From NCBI GenBank assembly GCA_964016885.1, contig OZ024740.1, positions 160,642,001 to 160,706,000 of the forward strand: DNA of 64,000 nucleotides, read 5' to 3'. The stretch is from Eledone cirrhosa (lineage: Eukaryota). The notes under the pieces were generated by a model. That model worked only from the letters and a program-made list of their open reading frames with translations, was not told where the DNA came from and did no database searches. Position 1 is the stretch's first letter. Each line of letters starts with the position of its first letter. The translations under genes were made by a program, and so were the position numbers. Of this stretch, positions 1-14,722 are shown one piece after another.

Positions 1-1329
1 CCCAGGTTTTTCTGGGTCCACCTACTCTGTAATTTCCATCAATTTTGATCGTCCTGCACATTTTTAGACAACTGTCGTCTTTCATGCGCATCTCGTGACC
101 ATACCAACGCAGTCTTCTTTCGAGTAAACAGCATCTGATCCCCCTTATTCCTAATTTCTAACTTAGTTTATTTATGCTCTGCCATTCGGGTATATTACTA
201 TTACACATGCAACGGAGCATGGATGCTTCGTTCCTCTCCAGTCTGCGCAGATCCTCTTCACACAAATCCCATGTCTCACTGCCATGTAACATTGCCGTTC
301 TTATACAGGCATCATAAAATCTGCCTTTCATTTTTAGAGAGAAACCTTTAGTGGTCAATAGCCGTATAAGCTCTCTGAACTTTTTCCATCCCATTCTGAC
401 GCTGGCTACTGTACTTTCAGAGCACCCTCCTTCACTGCTGATTTTGTCACCCAGGTAATGGAAGGTGTCCATTATTTCTATAGAACCATCTGGGCAATAG
501 AAGGAGCTAATATCCTCTGGGCTCTTGCTATTTATTGCACTTGAGCATCGCCCACATATAAAATCTACGTTCTTAGATAGCTTACCTGTGATCCCATTAC
601 ATCATTAATGTACCCATAGTTTGCATTTGGAACATAATATGGAATTTCTGCCTACTTCTTTCCTACCCATTGAGCATGGCCATTTGCCAGAGGATACCTA
701 TACCCTATTTTCCTTTCTACATACTAGAACTTTAGTCTTAGACAAATAAGCTTTAGGGCCTTTTGATTCTAGGCAATGCTTCCATGTTTGGAATTTCTCC
801 TCTAGTTCGGCCATCGATTCAGCTATGAGAGTTAAATCATCTGCATATAGAAGTTCCCATGGGCAGCCAGTCTTGAACTCCTCTGTTATAGCCTAATAAT
901 AAATAGGAGAGGGCTAAAGTCAGAGCCATGATGAACACCAACTTTTACGCTAAATTCTTCACTATATTCGTTGACTGTTTCTTTATGCATGGCTTGTATA
1001 GCTCTCACAAGCCATTCATCAACACCTAGTTTTCTAAGAGCCCACCAGATAATGTAGCGGGGGACTCTGTCAAAGGCTTTCTCCAAGTCAACAAAAGCTA
1101 AGTATAGGGGTTTACCTTTAGCTAGGTACTTCTACTGTAGTTGTCCTACAAGGAAAAGAGCGTCCGTGGTACTTTTACCTGACACAAACCAAAACTGCAT
1201 TTCATCTAGATCAATTCGCTCTCTGATTAGTTGCTCTATAACTCTTTTTGTGACCTTCATGACCTGGTCAATCAATTTAATGCCTCTATACTTTCCCCTA
1301 TCTAGGGCATCTCCTTTACCCTTGTAGCA
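1..1329 (-). mobile_element. RTE-clade LINE fragment (RT domain, PHD-like region and C-terminus), disrupted; runs off the window edge
   Basis: Minus-strand peptides [66 protein letters not shown] and MLHGSETW..LERNEASMLR; very similar to the copy at 17425-20547. Confidence 0.93.
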
Positions 1330-1394
1330 TATATATGTATATATGTATATATGTATATACATATATATATATATATATGTATATATGCAAATAC

Positions 1395-1445
<51 letters not shown>

Positions 1446-1469
1446 AATATATATATATGTATATATGCA

Positions 1470-1588
1470 AAGGCGTGTGGCTGAGTGGTTAGAGAATTGG
1501 ATTCACAATCTTGAGATTGTGAGTTCGATTCCTGGACCGGGCGATGCGTTATGTCCTTGAGCAAGACACTTTATTTCACGTTGCTCCT
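1470..1588 (+). mobile_element. tRNA-derived SINE head (family 1-like), 3' truncated
   Basis: Pol III A box TGGCTGAGTGG and B box GAGTTCGATTCC, followed by GTCCTTGAGCAAGACACTTTATTTCAC as in the SINE copies at 13836, 20999 and 22090. Confidence 0.85.
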
Positions 1589-1652
1589 TCTAACTGAAAG
1601 ACAGACGTAAACATTGTTTCCTCGGTCCGATTTGACGAAAGTCGATCGATCC

Positions 1653-3556
<1,904 letters not shown>

Positions 3557-3575
3557 TATATATATATATATATAT

Positions 3576-3871
3576 AAATGAAGTAATTCCGTCGGAAAAC
3601 ACCATGAAAAAAGAGTGCTCTATGTAGGTAACAGAGCTTAATAGTTATGTAATAAACAACATAAGGCAATTATTCCATTTACCAGTGTTTCTCCCTCCTC
3701 CCTTTCCCCCCTATTTTTTTGCCTTACCCTTCACATACCAACATTTTTTTTATTTTATTTTTATATATTAATTTTTTATATAATAATTTTTTATATAATG
3801 GTTTTGTGTGTTTTTATATAATACCCTCCGAAAAGGCTTGAGCTCTGCCGTAGGGTCAGGCTTTTTCCTAG

Positions 3872-3942
<71 letters not shown>

Positions 3943-4375
3943 CGTTTTTCTATGTGTGTTTGTATTTCTGTGGTTGGGGTTTTTTGTGTGTGTGTGTATG
4001 TATATATATTTATGTGTGTGTGTGCGTGTGTGTGTGTGTATATGTATATATGTATAAGGGTGTAATGTTATTTTCATAGATCTTTTACTCCATGAACTTG
4101 TTGAGTGCTCTAGTTCTGCTATGGGCATTTATACCCTTTTCTAAATATATATATATTTTTATTTATTATTTGTCGTATTCCAAATTTTTTAATATATAAA
4201 ATATTTATTTTATAATATTCATGTTCTTTCTCATATATATATATGTATATATATATATACATATATATTGAGTTATATATGTATATGTATGTGTGTGTGT
4301 GTGTGTGTGTACGTATGCATACGTATGTGTATGTATATATGTGTGTGTAGGTATATATGTGTATGTTAGTAAGTA

Positions 4376-4410
<35 letters not shown>

Positions 4411-4594
4411 GTATATTTTATAGTTAAATAAGGTTCATATGAATTATCTAAGAATGAGATTTACACACATATATATATATATGTGTGTGTTTGTATTTGG
4501 TTGTGCGTGTTTGTGATATGTACGTATTTGTATGTGTATAATTGTATGGCTATGTATGTATTTGTATGTGTATAATTGTATGGCTATGTATGTA

Positions 4595-4657
<63 letters not shown>

Positions 4658-4664
4658 ATGTATA

Positions 4665-4715
<51 letters not shown>

Positions 4716-4730
4716 ATGTATATGTTTGTG

Positions 4731-4765
<35 letters not shown>

Positions 4766-5527
4766 ATGTATTTGTGTATGCGTATGTATGTGTTTATGTA
4801 TTTGTATATGTATATTTATGTGTGAGAGTGTGTGTATGTATTTATTTTTTCTTATATTTATTTGCGTGTGTGAATATGTAGAGGTGTGTGTATATTTTTC
4901 TAATTTTGTGCATGCATATGTATGCATTTATGTATGTGTATGTACGCGTGTATATACGTATGATTGTGTGTATGTATGTATGTATGTATGTATGTATGTA
5001 TGTATGTATGTATGTATGTATGTATGTATATATATATGTGTGTATGGCTATGTATGTGTATGTATATGCATATATATATATATATATATATTTATGTTTC
5101 TATATATATATGTGTATATATGTGTGTGTGGTTGTATATATGTATGGGTATGTATGGATATGTTGATATTTATGTGTGTATGTATGTATATGTATGTGTA
5201 TGTATATATATACACATATATATGTGTATATGTGTGTGTGTATGTATGGGTGTATGTATATACATATATATATATATGTGTGTATGTATATAATTGTGTG
5301 TGTGTGTGTGTGTGTGTGTTTGCATGCGTGTTTTTATTGTATTTTTCCTTTCCTTCTTCCTTCTCCAGCCTTACTTTCATATAGATTGCATTTTTGTTTT
5401 TAGAATCCAATATCAATAAATACACCAGGATTTTCTCATTCTGATGATTGAAAGCAACATTTTTTGCTTTTAAGACACCACTGGTAAATGGAATAATTGC
5501 CTTATGTTGTTTACTACATAACTATTT
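3576..5527 (+). mobile_element. Non-coding element bounded by an inverted terminal segment, with microsatellite-rich body and hammerhead-like motif; PLE-derived candidate
   Basis: 3640-3687 is the reverse complement of 5479-5527. Both outer ends run into (TA)n. The body 3870-5330 is TA/TG/TATG microsatellite. Confidence 0.55.
5436..5491 (+). ncRNA. Type I hammerhead ribozyme-like motif with a GAAA to GACA core lesion
   Basis: TCATT CTGATGA TTGAAAGCAA catttt TTGCTTTTAA GACAC CACTG GTA AATGG: stem I 5 bp, stem II 10 bp, GUA cleavage triplet. The inverted copy ending at 3691 keeps GAAAC-ACTG-GTA-AATGG. Confidence 0.7.
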
Positions 5528-6490
<963 letters not shown>

Positions 6491-6536
<46 letters not shown>

Positions 6537-6547
6537 ATATATGTGTA

Positions 6548-6610
<63 letters not shown>

Positions 6611-6619
6611 ATATATGTA

Positions 6620-6693
<74 letters not shown>
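6491..6693. repeat. (TA)n microsatellite
   Basis: Directly visible. Confidence 0.97.
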
Positions 6694-6696
<3 letters not shown>

Positions 6697-6898
6697 ATAA
6701 TAAATTTGAAGACTAAATTCCAAAGAGGGCTCGATAAGGATAATATATATATCAAATATATAAGAACCGTAGAGCAAATATTTATTAAAATAACAGATTA
6801 AAGTTTAAGCAAAGAATCGCTGCTTTCACCTTGAACGGGATCTTCTGAAACTAAAAAAGTCAATCTGTGAACGCAGAAGTAAATATTTCAAAAAACGT
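6694..6898 (-). repeat. Unclassified interspersed repeat, copy 1, ends in (TA)n
   Basis: Highly similar to 14720-14922 in the same orientation and with the same TA-adjacent end. Strand inferred from a minus-strand AATAAA. Confidence 0.8.
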
Positions 6899-6914
6899 AT
6901 ATATCTATCTATCT

Positions 6915-7938
6915 AGGGCGGGTAAAATTTCCGAGATCCACGGACGAGTTCTCTCCAGCGGTCTGTGTCCCTCATTATCGTTGCCATTTCCTGCGTCTCC
7001 AACAGACCAGTGTCTGTCCTTAGGGAATCAACATACGTTAACCTTGGTCTTCCTTCTTCCAGTGTGTCCATCTAGGGGCTCCCACAGGAGCACTGAGTGC
7101 AATGTCAACTCTGGATGTCGGTGAGCATGCCCAGCTAACCTCAGTCTCCTCTGTGTCACTTTTGAGCTGACTTTTGTGAGGCTCCCATACAGCTCTGAGT
7201 TTTTCTCCCTTAGTGTATACTGATTAATGTTCAGAGCCATCCTCAGCATTCTCGTGTAGCACCCATCCACCATCTGAGTGAGTTTCTTGGTCAGTGTCCA
7301 AGTGTCAGACCCGTACAGCAGCACAGACTCCACTACAGCAATGATCTCAAGCTGTGGCACACCGCCCAGGCTTTGCTCTTCCTCTCAACCACATCATCTT
7401 CCGTATTTCCAATCTTTGCTCCCAAATACAGGAAGTCCTCAACCAATTCTAGCGGCTTCCCGCCTACATTAGTGATCCCCTCTGGCTTCTCAACATTCTC
7501 TACCAGATATGTTGTTGTAGTCTCATTCATTCTCAGCCCCACACTCATCGATACAGTCTGCATCTCCTGCATCAACTACTCTGCTTCCTTCACTGTATTT
7601 GTTACCAAAAAACTATGTCGTCGGCAAATTCAGCATCCGATACCATTTTCCCCTTAACTCTCCTGCTCTGAGCCGGTGCTACAGTAAATCCAGAGTCCTG
7701 GTGTTTCTCCAGTGCAAGGCGCATACAATAGTCCACTACGATGATAAAAAGATAGGGAGCCAATGTATCTCCCTGGAGCACTCTAGTCAGTATCTCAAAG
7801 AACTCTGTCATCCCATCAGGTGTAATGACTTGGGATTTGGTGTTGGTGTAGAGCAGTGATATCAGGTCCACTATCTTCTTGGGGATTCCATAAGCCTGTA
7901 ATATCTTCATCAGGCAGTGACGGTCCACAGAAACAAAG
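6915..7938 (-). mobile_element. RTE-clade LINE of a different family, 3' half, disrupted
   Basis: Peptides [44 protein letters not shown] and RRLRLAGHAHRH. Confidence 0.9.
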
Positions 7939-8079
7939 GTATATATATATATAAATGTATATATATATACGTTTATATATTTATGTATATATATATATAA
8001 ACGTATATATATATATACATATATATATACGTTTATATATATGTATATATATAAACGTATATATATGTATATATATAAA

Positions 8080-9062
8080 GAATGATTAATAAAACAGGTA
8101 GACATTATAAAAAGGTAATTTATTCCAAGTGTTTACAAATGTTTCCTTAGTAGTTATACAGCCGAGTCATGGTATATGCAAATTGGTATTTATTAATTTG
8201 CAGATACTCAATTTTCAAATGCTGCTCGTACCACCAATTCTTCAGAACTAATGGCTGGATCATAGTTTTTTTATATTTCTTAAAGGGTGTAATTGGGGAA
8301 GATATAGTAGAAAAGGAAGAGAGAGGGAAAGATAGAGAGAGATATGTAGGGGTAGGAGAAATGGAAGAGAGTGGTTTGAAGAATACAGATAGCTTTATCT
8401 AAATGTTGTGATAGGAGTTCAACAAGTGGTTTTATTATCCTGCTTACTCTCAAAGTTACAACTTAGGTATTGTGTTGATATTATCAAGTTGGGATTTATT
8501 TATTGCCACAGAGAGCAGGTTAATAGATGTAGAGATGGAGGGAGGTAGACAGAGAGCGAGAGAGAGAAAGAGAGAGAGAGAAAGAAAGAGAAAGCGAGAG
8601 AGAGGACAGAAAAAAGGTAAGAGAAAGGGAAGGAAAGGCGATATACACCGAGTTGATAATTTTAGTTTGCTGATCGTACTTAAGTATCCATTTATTACGA
8701 TAAGCAATGTACTGGTTAGTAGAGTGTGTATGAGGGGGGGGGGGGGTATAATTAGGAAGTGAGTATTGAGTGAAATTAGTTAGCAAGAAAGTGGTGTAGT
8801 AGTCTCGGGTTCAAATTATGTTAAGTTACTTTTATAGTAAGAAAATTTACCCTTCAGTTTGTGGTTGCAGTATAACGATTGTTCGATTCTGTCATTTACT
8901 AAATTGTTTTTAGATTTTAAGATATAAAAAAGTTGAAGGTTGCATAATCTGCACTATTTTAATCCACTCCGATATGCAGTAGCGCTGGATAATTTATTCC
9001 ATTTTAGGGTGAACTACCGGTTGTATTCATGGAGTTGCCAGGTCTTAATAGCGAGTGTAGTT
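8080..9062 (-). mobile_element. Penelope-like element 3' end (C-terminus of GIY-YIG endonuclease region plus 3' non-coding part)
   Basis: Minus-strand 9060-8830 translates about as TWQLHEYNR*FTLKWNKLSSATAYRSGLK*CRLCNLQLFYILKSKNNLVNDRIEQSLYCNHK, matching the PLE C-terminal pattern W..L..W.I..A.Y..CxLC..LN.R.E..CxH. A degenerate hammerhead-like core (8131-8248) and AATAAA follow. Confidence 0.7.
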
Positions 9063-9692
9063 ACATATATATATAGTTACATATATATATATATATATAT
9101 ATATATAACAGGTAATAGACAATTATTAAATATATAAATAGATAAATAAATGCCATTGTTAATTAATAAATAAATCAACTAATACCTTAAAACTTCACAC
9201 AAAGTAAAATATTTCGTTTTAATCATTTTCTAACCCAGAAAAGAGAGAGAGAGAGAGAAATAAAAAGGGAAGAAAATATATTTTTCTTCCTAATAATCGT
9301 CTCTTTCTCCCTGTTTTCGTATATATATATATATATGTATATATATATAAACGGAAAAAATGAAACGAAATTTCATTTCTCACTCTTAGTACGGCTGTTA
9401 CTTAAATATAAGTACGTACACGTACATACATATATGTATACAGACGTACAGTAGTATGTATATATATATATACATACATGCATCATATATGTATGTACGT
9501 ATGGATTTACCGAACATTTCTTATAATGCTCGGTGTGTTTGTAAACAAACATCCCGAATTAAGCCGTACAATGTTTAGCAGCCATCGTTGCCCTTTTGTT
9601 CAACACTGACAAAGGAACGATGTACTAGTTTCAAGCTTATTAGCTATCGTCAGAACCTTATATCTTCCTGCCAGATGATTGAACGTCTGAAA

Positions 9693-9749
<57 letters not shown>

Positions 9750-9764
9750 TGTATGTATGTATAT

Positions 9765-10372
9765 ATCGTCGTCGGCATCCGTCCGTCTTTGCAAAGCGAT
9801 GGAGTATCTCCGCGTGGGTCTCAGTGGCTGAACAACCCAACCCGTGTGGGGCAGTCCCTGGAGCAATTAGTGCAAATATATGCTGTTGGTTACTGAGACT
9901 TGGATTCCTTGTCGATCCTCCTGGACCTTTCTTCAGCAAGTGCCTCATTTCTCACATCTTCGGCTGCCCGCACACCTCTCCTCACAGTCGAGCACCAGGA
10001 TGGCAGTCCTCAGCGAGGATCTCCCGCGAGGCAACGTTGATGCCACACAGCTTTAGATCCTTTGTGCAAACGTCCCTGAAGAAGAGTCGCGGTCCTCCTC
10101 CCGGCCGCTCAACCTCTGCCAGTTCACCATACAAGAGGTCCTTGGGGATGCGGCCAGGATCCATTCGTCTGACCTGGCCGAGCCAGCGCAGGTGTTTTTC
10201 TCTGAGGATAGCGAACATGCTGTTCATCTGGGCCCGCTCAGGACCTCTATGTTGGGAACCCTGTCCTGCCAGCGGTTGTGGAGAATTCATCGCATACATC
10301 TCAGGTGGAAGCTGTCGAGTTTCTTCTTCAGCTTCACATAGATGGTCCAAGCCTCACTGCTGTAGAGTATGA
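9765..10372 (-). mobile_element. RTE-clade LINE 3' end, 5' truncated
   Basis: LRWLGQVRRMDPGRIPKDLLYGELAEVERPGGGPRLFFRDVCTKDLK; short (GAC)n tail next to (TA)n. Confidence 0.88.
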
Positions 10373-10374
10373 CA

Positions 10375-11300
10375 CATTAAACAGACCCCATAAAGTTTTA
10401 AAAGACTATGGACAAATTCCTTCAAGAAATTCCAGATAAACCTCCTACACCAGGATATATCCGTAGACAACAACACTTTACTTGAGTGGGTCATTGTTTC
10501 CAAATCCTGATTTGAAAGACTTCGCCAGGTGGTGGACCTACTGCATTGTTGTGCATCACTATGCGCATCTCTGCATTGTCAGCTGCAATTCAGTCCCCAG
10601 CCCTTTTCATTGCCTGCCCTCCGTGGTCCCTAAGGACTGCCACGGCTCAACATGCCGAATCCCTGCCACCGTCCACCCATGCCCATTTCCATTGCCTACA
10701 CTCCGGGAGAGCTCAAGACTTCCAGGCCTGACCAAGCCGCATCCCTGCCACCGTCAACCCCTGCCCTCTCCCTTCCCTGCACGCCATCGTCCCACTGCAT
10801 CGTCATGCCTCACCATGCCGCATTACTGCCCTGTCGGCCACCATCTCCTCCTCAGCCATTTTTTGGCCTGCCCGCCGTGCTCCTCCAATACTACCTTGCC
10901 TAACTAAGCCGCATCCCTGCCACCATCAAGTCTTTCCTTCCCCCTTCCCTGCACGCTGTCGTCCCACTACATCGTCATGCCTCACTAAGCCGCATCCATG
11001 CTCTGTCAGCCACCATGCCCTCCCCTTCCCCCTCGCTTACCCGCACGACTTGGTCCTTCACGAGTGCCATGGTTCACCATGCGGAATCCCTGCAACCGTC
11101 AATCCCGGCCATCTCCCTTCCCTGCACGCCGTCGTCCCACTGCATCGTCATGCATCACCATGCCGCATCAATGCTCTGTCAGCCACCATCCCCTCCTTGG
11201 TCCTTTCTTTTTCCTGCCCGCAGTGCTCCTTCCTTTCATACGTTTTAACAACAAACCAAAGGTCGACTTACACCCGGGCAACGCCGGGTACTTCTGCTAG
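10375..11300 (+). mobile_element. Non-autonomous Helitron-like element with internal C-rich tandem repeats (5' end not located)
   Basis: 3' hairpin ACCCGG-gcaacg-CCGGGT (11272-11289), then CTAG (11297-11300) followed by T. About three diverged repeats of CCCTGCCACCGTCAA..CCCTTCCCTGCACGCC.TCGTCCCACTGCATCGTCATGC start near 10740, 10912 and 11086. Confidence 0.7.
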
Positions 11301-11949
11301 TATATATATAAATATATGCACACATACATATATATATATACACATGCATATATATATACATACATAAATATATCTATATATATACATGCATACATAAATA
11401 TATATATACATACATACATAAATAAATATATATATATACATACATACATAAATATATATATAAATACATAAATATATATATATATATATACATTGTCAAC
11501 ATCGTCAACTTCTTATTATATGTATATATATATGAGGTATGTATGTGTATATGGGTGTATATGTGCGTAGACGAGTATACGTTGTATTTGTGTTATATTC
11601 ATATAAGCGTATTTGCATATGCACGTGTGCATACATACATTTGTGTATATATGTATACATATATATGTTTATATATGTATACATATATGGATCCTGGCTG
11701 CATAACACAAATACAACATATACTCGCCTACGCACATATAGTTTTTTTTATTTTTTTCTAGCTCATTATCTTAATCTTGCTCAATTTTTTATTATTTTTT
11801 ATTATTCTGGTTTTTTTTTACTGTCCTTGTCCCTCCAACATATATCTTTTCTACCTCACCTCTATCAGTGTAGTTGCTTTTAATCCAAGTGGATGGCAGT
11901 AGGAATATGTTTACTGCAAGATGCAGCGACCTCACCTCAAACTTTGAAA

Positions 11950-12062
11950 TCTTTCTGATGAAATGCAGTATTTAACTTATTGCTAATGAATGGGCATAAT
12001 AATAATATTAATATGCAACCAGCACTCGTAGACTGATACTGTATTGAAACATGAGTTAAAGA
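11950..12062 (+). ncRNA. Type I minimal hammerhead ribozyme candidate with intact core
   Basis: TCTTT (11950-54) CTGATGA (11955-61) AATGCAGTAT (11962-71), 64-nt loop, ATACTGTATT (12036-45) GAAAC ATGA GTT AAAGA (12058-62). Stem I 5 bp, stem II 10 bp with one GU, short stem III, GUU triplet. Confidence 0.75.
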
Positions 12063-12290
12063 ATGAATTTTGATTAAATTCTACACTCCTAATCTATGCT
12101 TCATGGCTAGACATTTATATTTCCTATACATTTAAATATATTATTACACTGTGATCTTCCACCTGGATACTATACTTTGACTATTACCATACCTCATGCA
12201 AAGACCATGTTGGAAAAAATACTTTGGTATGCAATCTTATTTTTGTTTGTACACTGATCAACACAAACAAATTTTATCCTTACATATCTT

Positions 12291-12340
<50 letters not shown>

Positions 12341-12349
12341 AATTTACAT

Positions 12350-12393
<44 letters not shown>

Positions 12394-13552
12394 AATTTAC
12401 ATAATATTATATATATATATATATAATATTATGTAAATTTTTAGAACGTAAACAAAATATATCTTGTTGTCATGTTGAATTGAATTTAATATTCTGAGAA
12501 AACCATATTATATAAGCTCTTTTATGGGAAAATGTAAAGTATATACATGTGTGCTTTTATATATTTATAGAGAGAAAGAGTGGAAAGGAAAGGAGAAAGT
12601 AAAAGAGCAAATAATGTTTTTAATTTTCTTTCAATAGAATACCATATTCTCATTGGCTTTAAGACTTCAGCTTGTCTTTAGATTGCTGCTCATGTAGATA
12701 TATTTCAGCTGCAAGTTAGGTTCCTGGTACTTTGATAAAAAAAACAACTTGTTTTTGCTTTTATTGTTAGTTACACTATAGATGTAGAAGTTTTCAGTTC
12801 ATTTTCAAAATAACCATATTGAATATTAGCGATTCGTTTAATTTTTGGTCTTTGTATTCTTTTCTTTTATCTTTTGCATCTAATTTGTTTTTTTAAATTA
12901 TTTGGTAGACCATTCGACTTTAAATAATAGTTAATTCATTCAAATTCTACGTGGTTAACTGTAATCATATGTCTATCACAAAAGACTGTGAATTTGCAGA
13001 GCTATTTGAGTATTGGGTAGAATGCTACACAGGCTTTGTTTCATCTTTTTGCACTCTAAGTTCCAATTCTGCTGAAATTAAATTTGCTTTACATCTTTTT
13101 GAGGATGATAAATGAAGTACCAGTCCAGTACTAGGGTTGATCTTTCATATATATCTCTTTTCACTATTTCCCATGCTCTCTCTCTCCTGGTGAAAGAAAT
13201 CGGCTCTGCTCAGACATAGAAAGGGATGAACTTCAGGCCTAAATGCCCAAGACACAACACTGCATGCCATGATGTAACTGCTATGACTTTACCACGAGTT
13301 AAAGCTTCATTGATTGGCAAAATTGTTGAAAAATATGAGAAGAGATTCCTTGCAATATTTGTTTTGCCTCTTTGCATTTGTGTTTGAAATTCTACCTAGA
13401 TGCTGAGGGTTCTTTCCATTCAGGATTCAAAATCTACCTAGATGGTGATGTGATAGATTTTTGAATTTGGGATACAAATTCTATCTAGATGCTGATGACC
13501 CACAATTAGCCAGCATGGAAAGATAGGCCAACAACCAACATAGATACAATAA

Positions 13553-13737
13553 TAATTGTTTCTACTTTTGGCACAAAGCCAGCAATTACCCAGTGCATTA
13601 CTGGTACTTTATTTTTATCGATCCCGTAAGGATGAAAGGCAAAGTTAACCTCAGCTGGATTTGAACTCACCATAAAGGGCCATAACTCTTTGTTGCAAAG
13701 CACGGCGTCTGACCCTCTACCGATACGGCCAATCCAA
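13553..13737 (-). mobile_element. SINE family 2 copy
   Basis: Reverse complement of GGATTGGC..ATCGGTAGAG..GAGTTCAAATCC..GAGGTTAACTTTGCCTTTCATCCTTACGGGATCGATAAAAATAAAGTACCAGT..GTGCCAAAAGTAGAAAC; same family as 22772, 53520 and 57603. Confidence 0.85.
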
Positions 13738-13835
13738 ATAATGTGGTCTGATCATGGTGAGCTTTTCATCCAGCAGAGGATTGACATTAACTGAATGGAA
13801 TAGACATACGACACAATAAAAATATATATATAATA

Positions 13836-14180
13836 TGGAGGCACATGGCTTAGTGGTTAGAGCATTGGCCTTGCAATTGAAAGGTTGCAGATTCAATTCT
13901 CAGACCGGTTGATGTGTTGTTTCCTTGAGCAAGACACTTTATTTCACATTTCTCCAGTTTACTCAGCTTTAGAAATAAGATGATAGGGACTAGCGCCCCT
14001 ATCATTCCACTGCCTGCAAAGTGGTCATGGAGGTGCCACAGCAAAAAAGCACCCAGCACTCACTGTAAATGAGGTTGGTGTTAGGAAGGGCATCCAACTG
14101 TAGAAATCAAGCCAGAATCAGTTCCCGTCCCACCCTTGCAAGCAGGGAAAAAGTGGATGTAAAATGAAATGAAATGAATT
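13836..14180 (+). mobile_element. tRNA-headed SINE family 1, full length, tail type A
   Basis: A box TGGCTTAGTGG, B-box-like GATTCAATTC, CCTTGAGCAAGACAC core, GGAAGGGCATCC module, tail CCCTTGCAAGCAGGGAAAAAGTGGATGTAAAATGA. Confidence 0.88.
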
Positions 14181-14682
14181 GATATATATTTATATCCCTA
14201 GAATGCATATTTGTAACCAAAGGAACTCCACTAAAATAAATCAAAGACCAGATGGGGGTACTGAACATGTTGATGGATTAATTCTATCTCTAAAATTCTC
14301 TTTTATTCTGGCTTAGTCAAAGGAATTAGCAAACCACCTAAGTCCTGTTTCCATGGCTTCTGCGATGGCTGTGGGCAAGTTAGGAAGTTTTCACCAAACT
14401 GGAAACCTCACCCAAATGTTTGCAACAGAGTGAATTCTGCTAAAATCCTCCAAATTTTAGGATTGTGATGTTGAAACAGGCATAGTGTTTAGTCTACCAT
14501 TTAGCAGTGTAGCTAAGGTGGACTAGATGGATGTTTATCCCAGGTGGCACTATTAGTTGGCTGCAGAAAAAAAAAAATGTTCCCATGTGAGAATAGGGGT
14601 CAAATTCAAAGATTACCCACTGGTAGCACAAATCCTAGCTACTGGAGAGCTGCCACCAACTACAGGACAGAACAAATTCTTG

Positions 14683-14719
<37 letters not shown>

Positions 14720-14722
<3 letters not shown>

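Noticed and set aside
1470-1545. Possible tRNA gene (A and B boxes)
   Set aside because: No convincing acceptor stem or terminator; continues into the SINE core shared with other copies.
10482-11367. Pro/Cys/His-rich ORFs
   Set aside because: They arise from C-rich tandem repeats that lack stops in several frames.
12630-12730. Possible host exon after a polypyrimidine-AG, and other unique AT-rich stretches (25000-26800, 32200-35000, 60500-62600)
   Set aside because: No recognisable protein similarity or consistent exon chain; small exons cannot be excluded without RNA-seq.
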